A stretch of DNA of 64,000 nt from Malacoraja senta (taxonomy: Eukaryota), in the NCBI GenBank assembly GCA_038087875.1, contig CM075993.1:7442001-7506000 (forward strand), read 5' to 3'. The stretch's first letter is position 1. Each line of letters starts with the position of its first letter. This document shows positions 51,626 to 64,000 of the stretch, one piece after another. The translations under genes and the position numbers were made by a program. Under the pieces are notes generated by a model. That model saw nothing but the letters and a program-made list of their open reading frames with translations. It was not told the origin of the DNA and did no database searches.

Positions 51626-52959
51626 TTAACCTACAAATCTGCATGTCTTTGAGATGTGGGAGGAAACCGGAGCACCCGGAGGAGAAGGTGCAAAATCCAC
51701 ATATATGCAGCACCAGCGGTCAGAATCAAACCTGGGTCTCTCCGTCTGTTTTTTACTGAGATCCCCATCGTGGAAGCCTGCCTTAAGCCAATTCTATGTT
51801 CAAGAAACAGATGAGAGCACCAGATACAACAAAGGCTGTGGCTTTAGTTACGGGAAACTGCATTCCAAAATGAGCCAGGCTACCATGGTTCAATTCTATC
51901 GGACTTTGGTTAGACCGATTTTTTGAGGATGGCGGGCAACTCTGGTCACCAAATTACCAGAAAGATGTTGAGACTTTGAACAAGTGACAATAGACAATAG
52001 GTGCAGGAGTAGGCCATTCGGCCCTTTGAGCCAGCAACGCCATTCACTGTGATCATGGCTGATCACCCCCATTCAGTACCCCGTTCCTGCCTTCTCCCCA
52101 TATCCCCTGACTCAGATATCTTTAAGAGCTCTATCAAAGTAACCCACTTTGGAGTGGGTGCGGAGGGAGTTTACCAGAATGCTGCCTGGATGAGAGGGAT
52201 TTCGGCTACAGGGAAAGGCTGAATAGACTTGGATTGATTTCTCTGGAACATCAGAGGTTGCGGGGAGATCCGACAGGTATATATTGATGGGGTAGACAAA
52301 ATTGCTGGAGAAACTCAGAGAAACATCCCGAAACGTTGCCTATTTCCTTCGCTCCATAGATGCTGCCGCACCCGCTGAGTTTCTCCAGCAAATTTGTCTA
52401 CCTTCGATTTTCCAGCATCTGCAGTTCCTTCTTGAACATATTGATGAGGTGGACAGGTTGAGAACCTTTCTCCCAGGGTGGACATGTCCAACACTAGAGG
52501 GCATAGTTATCTGGTGAGAGGGGGAAAGGTGAATGGTGATGTGCGGGGCAAGTTTTATTTTATACAGAGTGAGGGGCTGGAACCCACTGCCAGGGTTGGT
52601 GGTGGAAGCAGGAAGCAGTGCCGTTTAAGAGGCTTTTAGATAGGCATTTGGAAGTGCAGGGAATAGATGGATATGGAGGCCAAGTCACTGGATGGATTTA
52701 AGAGAGAGTTAGATAGAGCTCTAGGGGCTAGTGGAGTCAAGGGATATGGGGAGAAGGCAGGCATGGGTTATTGATAGGGGACGATCAGCCATGATCACAA
52801 TGAAAGACGGTGCTGGCTCGAAGGGCCGAATGGCCTCCTCCTGCACCTAGTTTCTATGTTTCTATGGATTATGTACAGGTAGATGCGATCAGTTTAATTT
52901 GGCATCATGTTCAGCACAAATATTGTGGGCCGAAGAGCCCGTTGTATGTGCTGTAACTG

Positions 52960-53540
52960 TTCTATGTGCAGTTGTACAGGGCCCGAATGAGACCACACCT
53001 GTGTGCCATTTTGGTCTCCAAATTTGAAGGACATTCTTGCTATTGAGGGAGTACAGCGTAGGTTCACGAGGTTAATTCCCGGGATGGCGGGACTGTCATA
53101 TGTTGATAGAATGGAGCGGCTGGGCTTGTACACTCTGGAATTTAGAAGGATGAGAGTGGATCTTATATGAAACATGTAAGATTATTAAGGGTTTTGACAC
53201 CCTAGAGGCAGGAAACATGTTCCCGATGTTGGGGGAGTCCAGAACCAGGTGCCACAGTTTAAGAATAAGGGGTAAGCCATTTAGAACGGAGATGAGGAAA
53301 AACATTTTCACACAGAGGGTTGTGAATCTGTGGAATTCTCTGCCTCAGAAGGCGGTGGAGGCCAATTCTCTGGATGCTTTCAAGAGTTAGATAGAGCTCT
53401 TGAAGATAGCGGAGTCAAGGGATATGGGGAGAAAGCAGGAACGGGGTACTGATTGTGGATGATCAGCCATGATCACAGTGAATGGCGGTGCAGGCTGGAA
53501 GGGCCAAATTGCCTACTCCTCCACCTATTGTCTATTGCTA
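52960..53540 (+). mobile_element. CR1 LINE 3' fragment (duplicated at about 61260-61830)
   Basis: CR1 ORF2 end in broken frames; CTATTGT tail. Confidence 0.85.
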
Positions 53541-55596
53541 TACTGTTCTATGTGCTGTACTGTTCCATGTTCTAAGTTGAAGATAGGCACAAAGTACTGG
53601 AGAGAAGGAATGGGTGACGTTTCAGATCGAGACCCTTCTTCAGACACCCATTCCTTCTCACCAGAGATGCTGCCTGTCCTGCTGAGTTACTCCAGCATTT
53701 TCTGTCTACCTTTGATTTAAACCAGCATCTGCAGTTCATTCCTACGCACTATGTCCCAAGTTGTTCCTGTACAGATACTAAACTGAAATTTACATGACAC
53801 TTGCCCGAATAGACCCTGTCCACAATAATAGAGAACAATCATATATAGACAATTACTGCCCATGCTGGAATCTGGAATAAAAATCAAAATGCTGGAAGAA
53901 CTCGGCAGCTCAAGCAGCATTTGTGGAAGCAAAATGATTCATGCAGGCTCCAAAAGTCAACTTACTGCTTTTGTTTCTGCAGGTGCTGCTGGAACTACTG
54001 GATTTAGTTTAGTTTAGAGTTGCAGCATGGACAACGGTCCTTCAGCCCACCTTGTCTGTGCCGAGTAGACAAGTTCTATGTTATCCCGGTTTCACATCCT
54101 ACACACTAGGGGCAATTTACAGAAGCCAATTAACCTACAAACCTGTACGTCTTTGGAATGTGGGAGGAAATCGGAGCAGTCACGGTGGCGCAGGGGTAGA
54201 GTTGCTGCCTTACAGCAAAATGCAGCGCCGGAGACCCGGGTTCAATCCTGACTATGGCCGCTGTCTGTACGGAGTTTGTACGTTCTCCCCGTGACCTGCG
54301 TGGGTTTTCTCCGAGATCTTCGTTTTCCTCCCACATTCCAAAGACGTACAGGTTTGTAGGTTAATTGGCTTGGTAAATGTAAAAATTGTCCAGTATAACA
54401 TTGTTGAGCTTCCAGTATCCAGTGGACGCTTCGGAAAGTTCAAGGTGCAAGGTACAAGGAGAATACCCACGCGGTCACAGGGAGAATGTACAAACTCCGT
54501 ACAGATAGCACCCTTAGCCAGGGTCTCTGGCGTTGTAAGGCAGCAACTCTACCGCTGCACCACTGTGCCACTGGCATTTTGTTTTTCCGATGGGATGTTA
54601 TCAAAATGCTGGTCCACACCCTTTGTGATTTTATACTCCACGATTGAGTCCCCTTTCAACCTCTTCCTTCCAAGCCCTGCCTATTCAATCTACTGTCTGT
54701 GGAATTCTCTGCCTCAGAGGGCGGAGGAGGCAGGTTCTCTGGATGCTTTCAAGAGAGAGCTAGATAGGGCTCTTAAAAATAGCGGAGTCAGGGGATATGG
54801 GGAGAAGGCAGGAACGGGGTACTGATTGGGGATGATTGAATGCCGTTGCTGGCTCGAAGGGCCGAATGGCCTACTCCTGCACCTATTGTCTATCTCTCCT
54901 CATGTATAATTTTCTGGTCCTGGCAATGTCCTCTTTAATCTCCTTTCCAGTCCAGTCACCTCTTTCCAGTACGGTGACAAGAACGGTACATAATACTCAA
55001 GCTATGCCCTAACAAACATTGCATTCAAACATAACCCCCATGCCCTTACATTCTAGGTATGAATAAACAAAGGAAAACAACCTGCATGCATTTATAATCA
55101 CCTCATTGACCTGTTTACGGATCCATGGTATTCAGAAACAAGAACGAGAATCTGAAAATTGAGACAATGCGGAAACAGAAACCAAGTGCAGGTTGACAGG
55201 TGGAGTGAAGAGATCTTGCAGAACAATAGAACAGTGCAGCATAGGACCCTTGGCCCATAATATCTGTACTAACCATGATGCCAAATTAAACTAATCGCAC
55301 TGATCTGCATACGATTCATATACTTCCATTCCTTGCATTTTAATTGCAGCGCATTGTTGGCGCAGCCAAGACCATCACACAAACCAACCTCCCTTCTATT
55401 GACTCCATTTATACCTCACGCTGCCTCGGCAAGGACAGCAGCATAATCAAGGGCAAGTCACACCCTGGCCACTCCCTCTTCTCTAGTATAGAAGTGTATG
55501 GAAAGCGCGCGCCTCCAGATTCATGGACAGTTTCTTCCCACCAGGCAACAGAATGATCCGACCACAACCAGAGAACAGTGCTGAACTACTATCTAC

Positions 55597-55990
55597 CAAA
55601 GATCCTATAGCGAAGCAAGATAGACCACTCCTTCTAAACGCAATGGGCTGACGTGTAGTACGCAACGGAGCAGAACGTGGGCCTTATTTTCATCCATTTC
55701 AGTAACCCGACTCGCAGTGTAAGCAACGTTGCAGGGGAACAGTTTGTGTTAATAAATTATAATTCTGAAAATGAGGAGAAGATTTTTACCAAAGAATTTT
55801 GATTTTTACGAGGATGTTTCCGTAACCGGCTTCCGTCTCCGCACTAGTATCTTTGCTCCGCTATGGGACCTTTAGTGCGGAGACGGAAGCCGGTTACAGA
55901 AATGGGGCCGGAAATTACCCATGAATCTGTCCATGACCGTACTACGTCTTTTTCGTCGAGTGCTCTGTCTTGCTTGCTATAGGACCTTTG
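55597..55990. mobile_element. hAT-type MITE
   Basis: CA...TG ends; TIRs CAAAGATCCTATAGC / GCTATAGGACCTTTG; perfect 8-bp TSD CTATCTAC (55589-55596 / 55991-55998). Confidence 0.85.
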
Positions 55991-57370
55991 CTATCTACCT
56001 CGTTGGTGATCCTCGGACTATCCTTGATCGGAATCTGCTGGCTTTATCTTGCACTAAACGTTATTCCCTTATCATTGTATCAATACACTGTAATTGGCTC
56101 GATTGTAATCATGTATTGTCTTTCTGTTGACTGGATAGCATGCTACAAAAGCTTTTCACTCTACCTCGGTACATGTGGCAATAAACTAAACTGAACTGAA
56201 CTTTAATGTGCCTGTCTAAATTCCTCTTAAACATTGCCACCACAGAACATAGAAAATAGGTGAAGGAGTAGGCCATTCGGCCCTTCGATCCAGCACCGTC
56301 ATTTAATATGATCATGGCTGATCGTCCAGAATCAAGACCCTGTTCCTGCTTTCTCCCCATATCCCTTGATTCCGTTACCTCTAAGAGCTAAATCTAACTC
56401 TCTCTAAGAGAGTTCCACAGAAAATACAAGGTGCAGAGTATCGCTGTGGTTAGTTCTTTCCAACTGGTGCTGTGGTTAGTTCTTTCCACCTGGTGTACAA
56501 TGCCAGGAGGAGTGGCACGGTGCCAGTGAGCGAGCTGGGAGCTCACTTCCCAGCGCCCTCGGAGGCGCTCCGGGTGTTCTGAGGCCGGCAACGGGAGGCG
56601 CCCTGGCGCAGAGTCGGAGCGCTGGCCGTGGGAGGCGAGGGAAGCCGTGTTCGTGGGTCAAGCTGTTGGCAGAGTAGTATTAGGCCACGGCAGGCCCTGC
56701 TGCAGCCAGGGGGTCGATTGGAACGGGCACCACAGGATGCCCCACAGAAGCTTTGTGTGCGGATTTGGATGCGGCCTGGCATGTCTTTCACCGCACGGGG
56801 CTGCGGTGGAAGACATCGACAACATCACCTGGCCAGGCTGACCACCACAACACTGACCCAATGCCATCACCAGGACACATGAAGACTACATTTTTAAGAA
56901 CTGAAATGAAACTTGAAGGATAAAAAATGGCACCAGCAACACTTGCGTACTGCGTCAGTGTAATCTACTATTCTTAAACGCTTGTACTAAAATATGATTG
57001 TGCTTATGAATACAAGATTTTCACTGGTGTATACCATAAAGGAATTTCACTGTACCTAGGTATATATTGCAATAAAGTACCAAAGGGATGTACAGGAGGT
57101 GCTACCTCAAAAAAGCAGCCAGCATCATCAGAAACCCATACCACCCAAACCACACACGCATTTCACTCCTAATATTGGGGCGAGGTATAGGAGCTTGAAA
57201 AGTGTAATGTGTAGGAAGGAATTGAACATGCTAATTTAAACCGAAGATAGACACAAAATGTTGGAGTAACTCAGCGGGACAGGCAGCATCTTTGGAATGG
57301 GTGACGTTTCAGGTCGAGACCCTTCTTCAGACTGAGAGTCAGGGGAGAAGGAAACAAGAGATATGGAATG

Positions 57371-57584
57371 TTTAAGAAGGAACTGCAGATGCTGGAAAAT
57401 CGAAGGTAGACAAAAGTGCTGGAGAAACTCAGCGGGTGCGGCAGCATCTATGGAGCGAAGGAAATAGGCGACTTTTCGGGCCGAAACCCTTCTTCCGAAA
57501 CTTTTCGGCCCGAAACGTCGCCTATTTCCTTCACTCCATAGATGCTGCCGCACCCGCTGAGTTTCTCCAACACTTTTGTCTACC
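57371..57584. mobile_element. Fold-back Penelope-derived mini-element nested in another Penelope repeat
   Basis: Inverted arms; 16-bp TSD CAAGAGATATGGAATG (57355-57370 / 57585-57600). Confidence 0.8.
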
Positions 57585-58729
57585 CAAGAGATATGGAATG
57601 GTAAGGTGTGAAAACGAGAGAACTACATAGACTTGGGTGTTTACAGAGTAATACGTTTACATATCTGTCGTTCTGCTCCATGTAAGAATTTCATTGTCCC
57701 GTTTCAGGACATATGACAATAAAACACTCTTGGCGCATCTTGAAGCAACCCGCACAACTTGAATTCTTCACAACCAAAATAAATGGAGAAATCTTGTTCA
57801 GATACAGGAGGCCAAATAACTGGAGTAGGAAGTGGTAATTTTCACACATACTCCTGAAAATGGTGGCTGACAGATGTTGCCAGGGCGAGTCAACAAAGCT
57901 TTGTTCTCCATTCCTTACACCAAGGATCAAAGTGAGAACATGTATTCTGTGGGCGCCAGCATTCGTCAGCTCAATAAACAGTAATTTCAGGCAACCAAAC
58001 ACACTAAAGTTGAAGGACGTTTTTGTGAAAGAGCAACTTTCATCTAATATCTTTTTTATGGAATGAAACCTCAGCAGTAATGAGGCCAGTGGCAAAGGAA
58101 GCTTCTCTTTACGCAAGTAGGCAATAAGCCCAAGGATTTTATGGTCCTAAAATAAATAATATTTCCATGTTTCATTTTGCCTTTGCATCGGAAGTTTCAA
58201 TAGCAAATGACAAGAGAAAATGCCTGCCCCATCTTGGTGCCCATTTAAATCAAAATAATCTTCTTTGATGTCTCGTTTTCACACCTTACCCTTCCATATC
58301 TCTGTGCCTCCCTCTCTCGACTCTCAGTCAGAAGTAGCATCTCGACCCGAAACGTCACCCATTCCTTCTCTCCAGAGATGCTGCCTGTCCCGTCTGAGTT
58401 ACTCCAGCATTTTGTATCTATCTATGATTAACTACAGCTACTCCTCACACTGGGCATGCAACTATTAACACATACGTGGTGTATGAACTCAGCAGATCAG
58501 GCAGCATCTGTAGAGGGAAATGGACATGTGGCGTTTCAGGTCCCAACCCGAAATGTCGTCTGCCCACCTCCAGGTTCAGGAACAGCTTCTTCCCAACAAC
58601 CATCGGGCCCTTGACCTACACAAGAAATATGTTATATATTTATAAAATATATCTTTTTCTTATGTATCCTTTACAGATATAAATAATAGCTGAATCTGTT
58701 TTGATGCATTTGGCGCTGTGTGTGTGTCT

Positions 58730-58731
<2 letters not shown>

Positions 58732-58764
<33 letters not shown>
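58732..58764. repeat. (CA)n microsatellite
   Basis: About 16 AC units. Confidence 0.95.
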
Positions 58765-58767
<3 letters not shown>

Positions 58768-59007
58768 GTCCCCTGTTCTTTTCAAAACAATGCAGTGGAA
58801 TAATTCACATTGGCACGAGAGGAGAGATGGGTCTTCAGTGTCCTCTGCAAGACCAGGTGTCTGATCTATCGGAAGAAACTTCAGATGCTGGTTTAAACCG
58901 AAGATAGACACAAAAAGCTAGAGTGATGCAGCAGGTTAGACAGCACCGCTGGAGAAAAGGAAGAGGGTTTTTTTCCAGCTAACAATGATATATTCTACAT
59001 TTTCCTT

Positions 59008-59207
59008 NNNNNNNNNNNNNNNNNNNNNNNNNNNNNNNNNNNNNNNNNNNNNNNNNNNNNNNNNNNNNNNNNNNNNNNNNNNNNNNNNNNNNNNNNNNNN
59101 NNNNNNNNNNNNNNNNNNNNNNNNNNNNNNNNNNNNNNNNNNNNNNNNNNNNNNNNNNNNNNNNNNNNNNNNNNNNNNNNNNNNNNNNNNNNNNNNNNNN
59201 NNNNNNN
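59008..59207. other. Assembly gap (200 N)
   Basis: Run of N. Confidence 1.
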
Positions 59208-62200
59208 CCATCGATCACCAGCTCATACTAGTTCTATGTTATTCCACTTCCTACCCCACTCGGGGCAATTTTACAGAGGTCGATTAACCTACAAAACCAC
59301 ATGCCTTTTGGATGTGGGAGGAAACCGAAGCACCTGGAGGAAATCTACGGGGAGAATGTGCAAACTCCATACCAGAGGTCGGGATCGAACCCGGGTCTCT
59401 AGCGCTGCGAGGCTGCAGGTCTGTCTACCAGTTGCGCCACTGGGCTGCCCTAAGGGCAAATATGCTCTTTTATGCATCCACTCACTACACACTTGGGGCA
59501 ATTTACAGAGGCCAATTAGAAGATTGAGGGGGGATCTTATAGAAACGTACAAAATTCTTAAGGGGTTGGACAGGCTAGATGCAGGAAGATTGTTCCCGAT
59601 GTTGGGGAAGTCCAGAACAGGGGGTCACAGTTTAAGGATAAGGGGGAAGTCTTTTAGGACCGAGATGAGAAAAACATTTTTCACAAAGAGAGTGGTGAAT
59701 CTGTGGAATTCTCTGCCACAGAAAGTAGTTGAGGCCAGTTCATTGGCTATATTTAAGCGGCAGTTAGATGTGGCCCTTGTGGCTAAAGGGATCAGGGGGT
59801 ATGGAGAGAAGGCAGGTACAGGATACTGAGTTAGATGATCAGGCGTGATCATATTGAATGGCGGTGCAGGCTCGAAGGGCCGAATGGCCTACTCCTGCAC
59901 CTGTTTTCTATGTTTCTATGTTAACCTACAAATCTGCATGTCTTTGAGATGTGGGAGGAAACCGGAGCACCCGGAGGAGAAGGTGCAAAATCCACATATA
60001 TGCAGCACCAGCGGTCAGAATCAAACCTGGGTCTCTCCGTCTGTTTTTTACTGCGATCCCCATCGTGGAAGCCTGCCTTAAGCCAATTCTATGTTCAAGA
60101 AACAGATGAGAGCACCAGATACAACAAAGGCTGTGGCTTTAGTTACGGGTAACTGCATTCCAAAATGAGCCAGGCTACCATGGTTCAATTCTATCGGACT
60201 TTGGTTAGACCGATTTTTTGAGGATGGCGGGCAACTCTGGTCACCAAATTACCAGAAAGATGTTGAGACTTTGAACAAGTGACAATAGACAATAGGTGCA
60301 GTAGGCCATTCGGCCCTTTGAGCCAGCAACGCCATTCACTGTGATCATGGCTGATCACCCCCATTCAGTACCCCGTTCCTGCCTTCTCCCCATATCCCCT
60401 GACTCAGATATCTTTAAGAGCTCTATCAAAGTAACCCACTTTGGAGTGGGTGCGGAGGGAGTTTACCAGAATGCTGCCTGGATGAGAGGGATTTCGGCTA
60501 CAGGGAAAGGCTGAATAGACTTGAATTGATTTCTCTGGAACATCAGAGGTTGCGGGGAGATCCGACAGGTATATATTGATGGGGTAGACAAAATTGCTGG
60601 GAGAAACTCAGAGAAACATCCCGAAACGTTGCCTATTTCCTTCGCTCCATAGATGCTGCCGCACCCGCTGAGTTTCTCCAGCAAATTTGTCTACCTTCGA
60701 TTTTCCAGCATCTGCAGTTCCTTCCTTGAACATTTGATGAGGTGGACAGGTTGAGAACCTTTCTCCCAGGGTGGACATGTCCAACACTAGAGGGCATAGT
60801 TATCTGGTGAGAGGGGGAAAGGTGAATGGTGATGTGCGGGGCAAGTTTTATTTTATACAGAGTGAGGGGCTGGAACCCACTGCCAGGGTTGGTGGTGGAA
60901 TCAGGAAGCAGTGCCGTTTAAGAGGCTTTTAGATAGGCATTTGGAAGTGCAGGGAATAGATGGATATGGAGGCCAAGTCACTGGATGGATTTAAGAGAGA
61001 GTTAGATAGAGCTCTAGGGGCTAGTGGAGTCAAGGGATATGGGGAGAAGGCAGGCACGGGTTATTGATAGGGGATGATCAGCCATGATCACAATGAATGG
61101 CGGTGCTGGCTCGAAGGGCCTAATGGCCTCCTCCTGCACCTAGTTTCTATGTTTCTATGGATCATGTACAGGTAGATGCAATCAGTTTAATTTGGCATCA
61201 TGTTCAGCACCAAATATTGTGGGCCGAAGAGCCCGTTGTATGTGCTGTAACTGTTCTATGTGCAGTTGTACAGGGCCCGAGTGAGACCACACCTGTGTGC
61301 CATTTTGGTCTCCAAATTTGAAGGACATTCTTGCTATTGAGGGAGTACAGCGTAGGTTCACGAGGTTAATTCCCGGGATGGCGGGACTGTCATATGTTGA
61401 TAGAATGGAGCGGCTGGGCTTGTACACTCTGGAATTTAGAAGGATGAGAGTGGATCTTATATGAAACATGTAAGATTATTAAGGGTTTTGACACGCTAGA
61501 GGCAGGAAACATGTTCCCGATGTTGGGGGAGTCCAGAACCAGGTGCCACAGTTTAAGAATAAGGGGTAAGCCATTTAGAACGGAGATGAGGAAAAACATT
61601 TTCACACAGAGGGTTGTGAATCTGTGGAATTCTCTGCCTCAGAAGGAGGTGGAGGCCAATTCTCTGGATGCTTTCAAGAGTTAGATAGAGCTCTTGAAGA
61701 TAGCGGAGTCAAGGGATATGGGGAGAAAGCAGGAACGGGGTACTGATTGTGGATGATCAGCCATGATCACAGTGAATGGCGGTGCTGGCTGGAAGGGCCA
61801 AATTGCCTACTCCTCCACCTATTGTCTATTGCTATACTGTTCTATGTGCTGTACTGTTCTATGTTCTAAGTTGAAGATAGGCACAAAGTACTGGAGAGAA
61901 GGAATGGGTGACGTTTCAGATCGAGACCCTTCTTCAGTCACCATTCCTTCTCTCCAGAGATGCTGCCTGTCCTGCTGAGTTACTCCAGCATTTTCTGTCT
62001 ACCTTTGAGTTAAACCAGCATCTGCAGCTCATTCCTACACACTATGTCCCAAGTTGTTCCTGTACAGATACCAAACTGAAATTTACCATGACACTTGCCC
62101 GAATAGACCCTGTCCACCATAATAGAGAACAATCATATATAGACAATTACTGCCCAATCAGTCTACTCAATCAATGTGACGGTTTGTATCAAATTGGACC

Positions 62201-64000
62201 ATAGATGCTGGATTCTGGAACAAAAAACAAAATGCTGGAAGAACTCAACAGCTCCAGCAGCATCTTTGGAAGCAAAATGACTCATGCAGGCTCCAAAAGT
62301 CAACTTACAGCTTTTGTTTCTGCAGGTGCTGCTGGATTTAGTTTAGTTTAGTTACAGCATGGACACCGGTCCTTCAGCCCATCTTGTCTGTGCCGAGTTC
62401 TATGTTATCCCGGTTTCACATCCTACACACTAGGGGCAATTTACAGAAGCCAATTAACCTACAAACCTGTAAGTCTTTGAATGTGGGAGGGAAATCGGAG
62501 CAGTCACGGTGGCGCAGCGGTAGAGTTGCTGCCTTACAGCAAAATGCAGCACCGGAGACCCGGGTTCGATCCTGACTATGGCCGCTGTCTGTACGGAGTT
62601 TGTACGTTCCCCGTGACCTGCGTGGGTTTTCTCCGAGATCTTCATTTTCCTCCCACATTCCAAAGACGTACAGGTTTGTCGGTTAATTGGCTTGGTAAAT
62701 GTAAAAATTGTCCTGCGTAAAATTGTTCAGCTTCCAGTATAGTCCCTGGTGGACGCTTTGAAAGGTTCAAGGTGCAAGGTACAAGGTACAAGGAGAATAC
62801 CCACGCGGTCACAGGGAGAATGTACAACTCCGTACAGATAGCACCCTTAGCCAGGGTCTCTGGCGTTGTAAAGCAGCAACTCTACCGCTGCACCACTGTG
62901 CCACTGGCATTTTGTTTTTCCGATGGGATGTTATCAAAATGCTGGTCCACACCCTTTGTGATTTTATACTCCACGATTGAGTCCCCTCTCAACCTCTTCC
63001 TTCCAAGCCCTGCCTATTCAATCTACTGTCTGTGGAATTCTCTGCCTCAGAGGGCGGAGGAGGCAGGTTCTCTGGATGCTTTCAAGAGAGAGCTAGTTGG
63101 GCTCTTAAAAATAGCGGAGTCAGTGGATATGGGGAGAAGGCAGGAACGGGGTACTGATGGGGATGATTGAATGGCGTTGCTGGCTCGAAGGGCCGAATGG
63201 CCTCTCCTGCACCTATTGTCTATTGTCTATCTCTCCTCATGTATAATTTTCTGGTCCTAGCAATGTCCTCTTTAATCTCCTTTCCAGTCCAGTCACCTCT
63301 TTCCAGTACGGTGACAAGAACGGTACATAATACTCAAGCTATGCCCTAACAAACATTGCATTCAAACATAACCCCCATGCCCTTACATTCTAGGTATGAA
63401 TAAACAAAGGAAAACAACCTGCATGCATTTATAATCACCTCATTGACCTGTTTACGGATCCATGGTATTCAGAAACAAGAACGAGAATCTGAAAATTGAG
63501 ACAATGCGGAAACAGGAACCAAGTGCAGGTTGACAGGTGGAGTGAAGAGATCTTGCAGAACAATAGAACAGTGCAGCATAGGACCCTTGGCCCATAATAT
63601 CTGTGCTAACCATGATGCCAAATTAAACTAGTCGCACTGATCTGCATACGATTCATATACTTCCATTCCTTGCATTTTAATTGCAGCGCATTGTTGGCGC
63701 AGCCAAGACCATCACACAAACCAACCTCCCTTCTATTGACTCCATTTATACCTCACGCTGCCTCGGCAAGGACAGCAGCATAATCAAGGGGCAAGTCACA
63801 CCCTGGCCACTCCCTCTTCTCTAGTATAGAAGTGTATGGAAAGCGCGCGCCTCCAGATTCATGGACAGTTTCTTCCCACCAGGCAACAGAATGATCCGAC
63901 CACAACCAGAGAGCAGTGCTGAACTACTATCTACCAAGATCCTATAGGCGAAGCAAGATAGACCACTCCTTCTAAACGCAATGGGCTGACGTGTAGTACG
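59208..64000 (+). repeat. Direct duplicate of 50914-55662
   Basis: Same mosaic of elements and junctions, with scattered substitutions and small indels. Confidence 0.95.

Overview
Eukaryotic vertebrate genomic DNA. The repeat set (HE1/V-SINE-like SINEs, CR1 tails, abundant Penelope terminal repeats) suggests a cartilaginous fish, probably a skate or ray (inference). The only host-gene exon I can support is the first coding exon of a casein kinase I gamma gene (CSNK1G family, most like CSNK1G1) on the minus strand: exon 34243-34661, CDS 34243-34435, with a 226-nt leader holding nine upstream ATGs. The rest appears to be intronic or flanking DNA dense in transposon remains. These include CR1, Rex1/Babar, L2, L1 and RTE fragments, tRNA-derived SINEs, a full-length but disabled Passport-like Tc1, about 14 PIF/Harbinger-type MITEs, two hAT MITEs, a minisatellite-carrying Helitron and Penelope-like elements. 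Most interesting: (i) hammerhead-ribozyme cores in the Penelope terminal repeats, plus TSD-flanked fold-back mini-elements whose hairpin apex falls at that ribozyme; (ii) MITE-centred inverted duplications of flanking DNA; (iii) a palindromic core and a target site shared by different MITE subfamilies; (iv) the uORF-dense kinase leader. 59208-64000 repeats 50914-55662 across a 200-N gap and is probably an assembly haplotype duplication.
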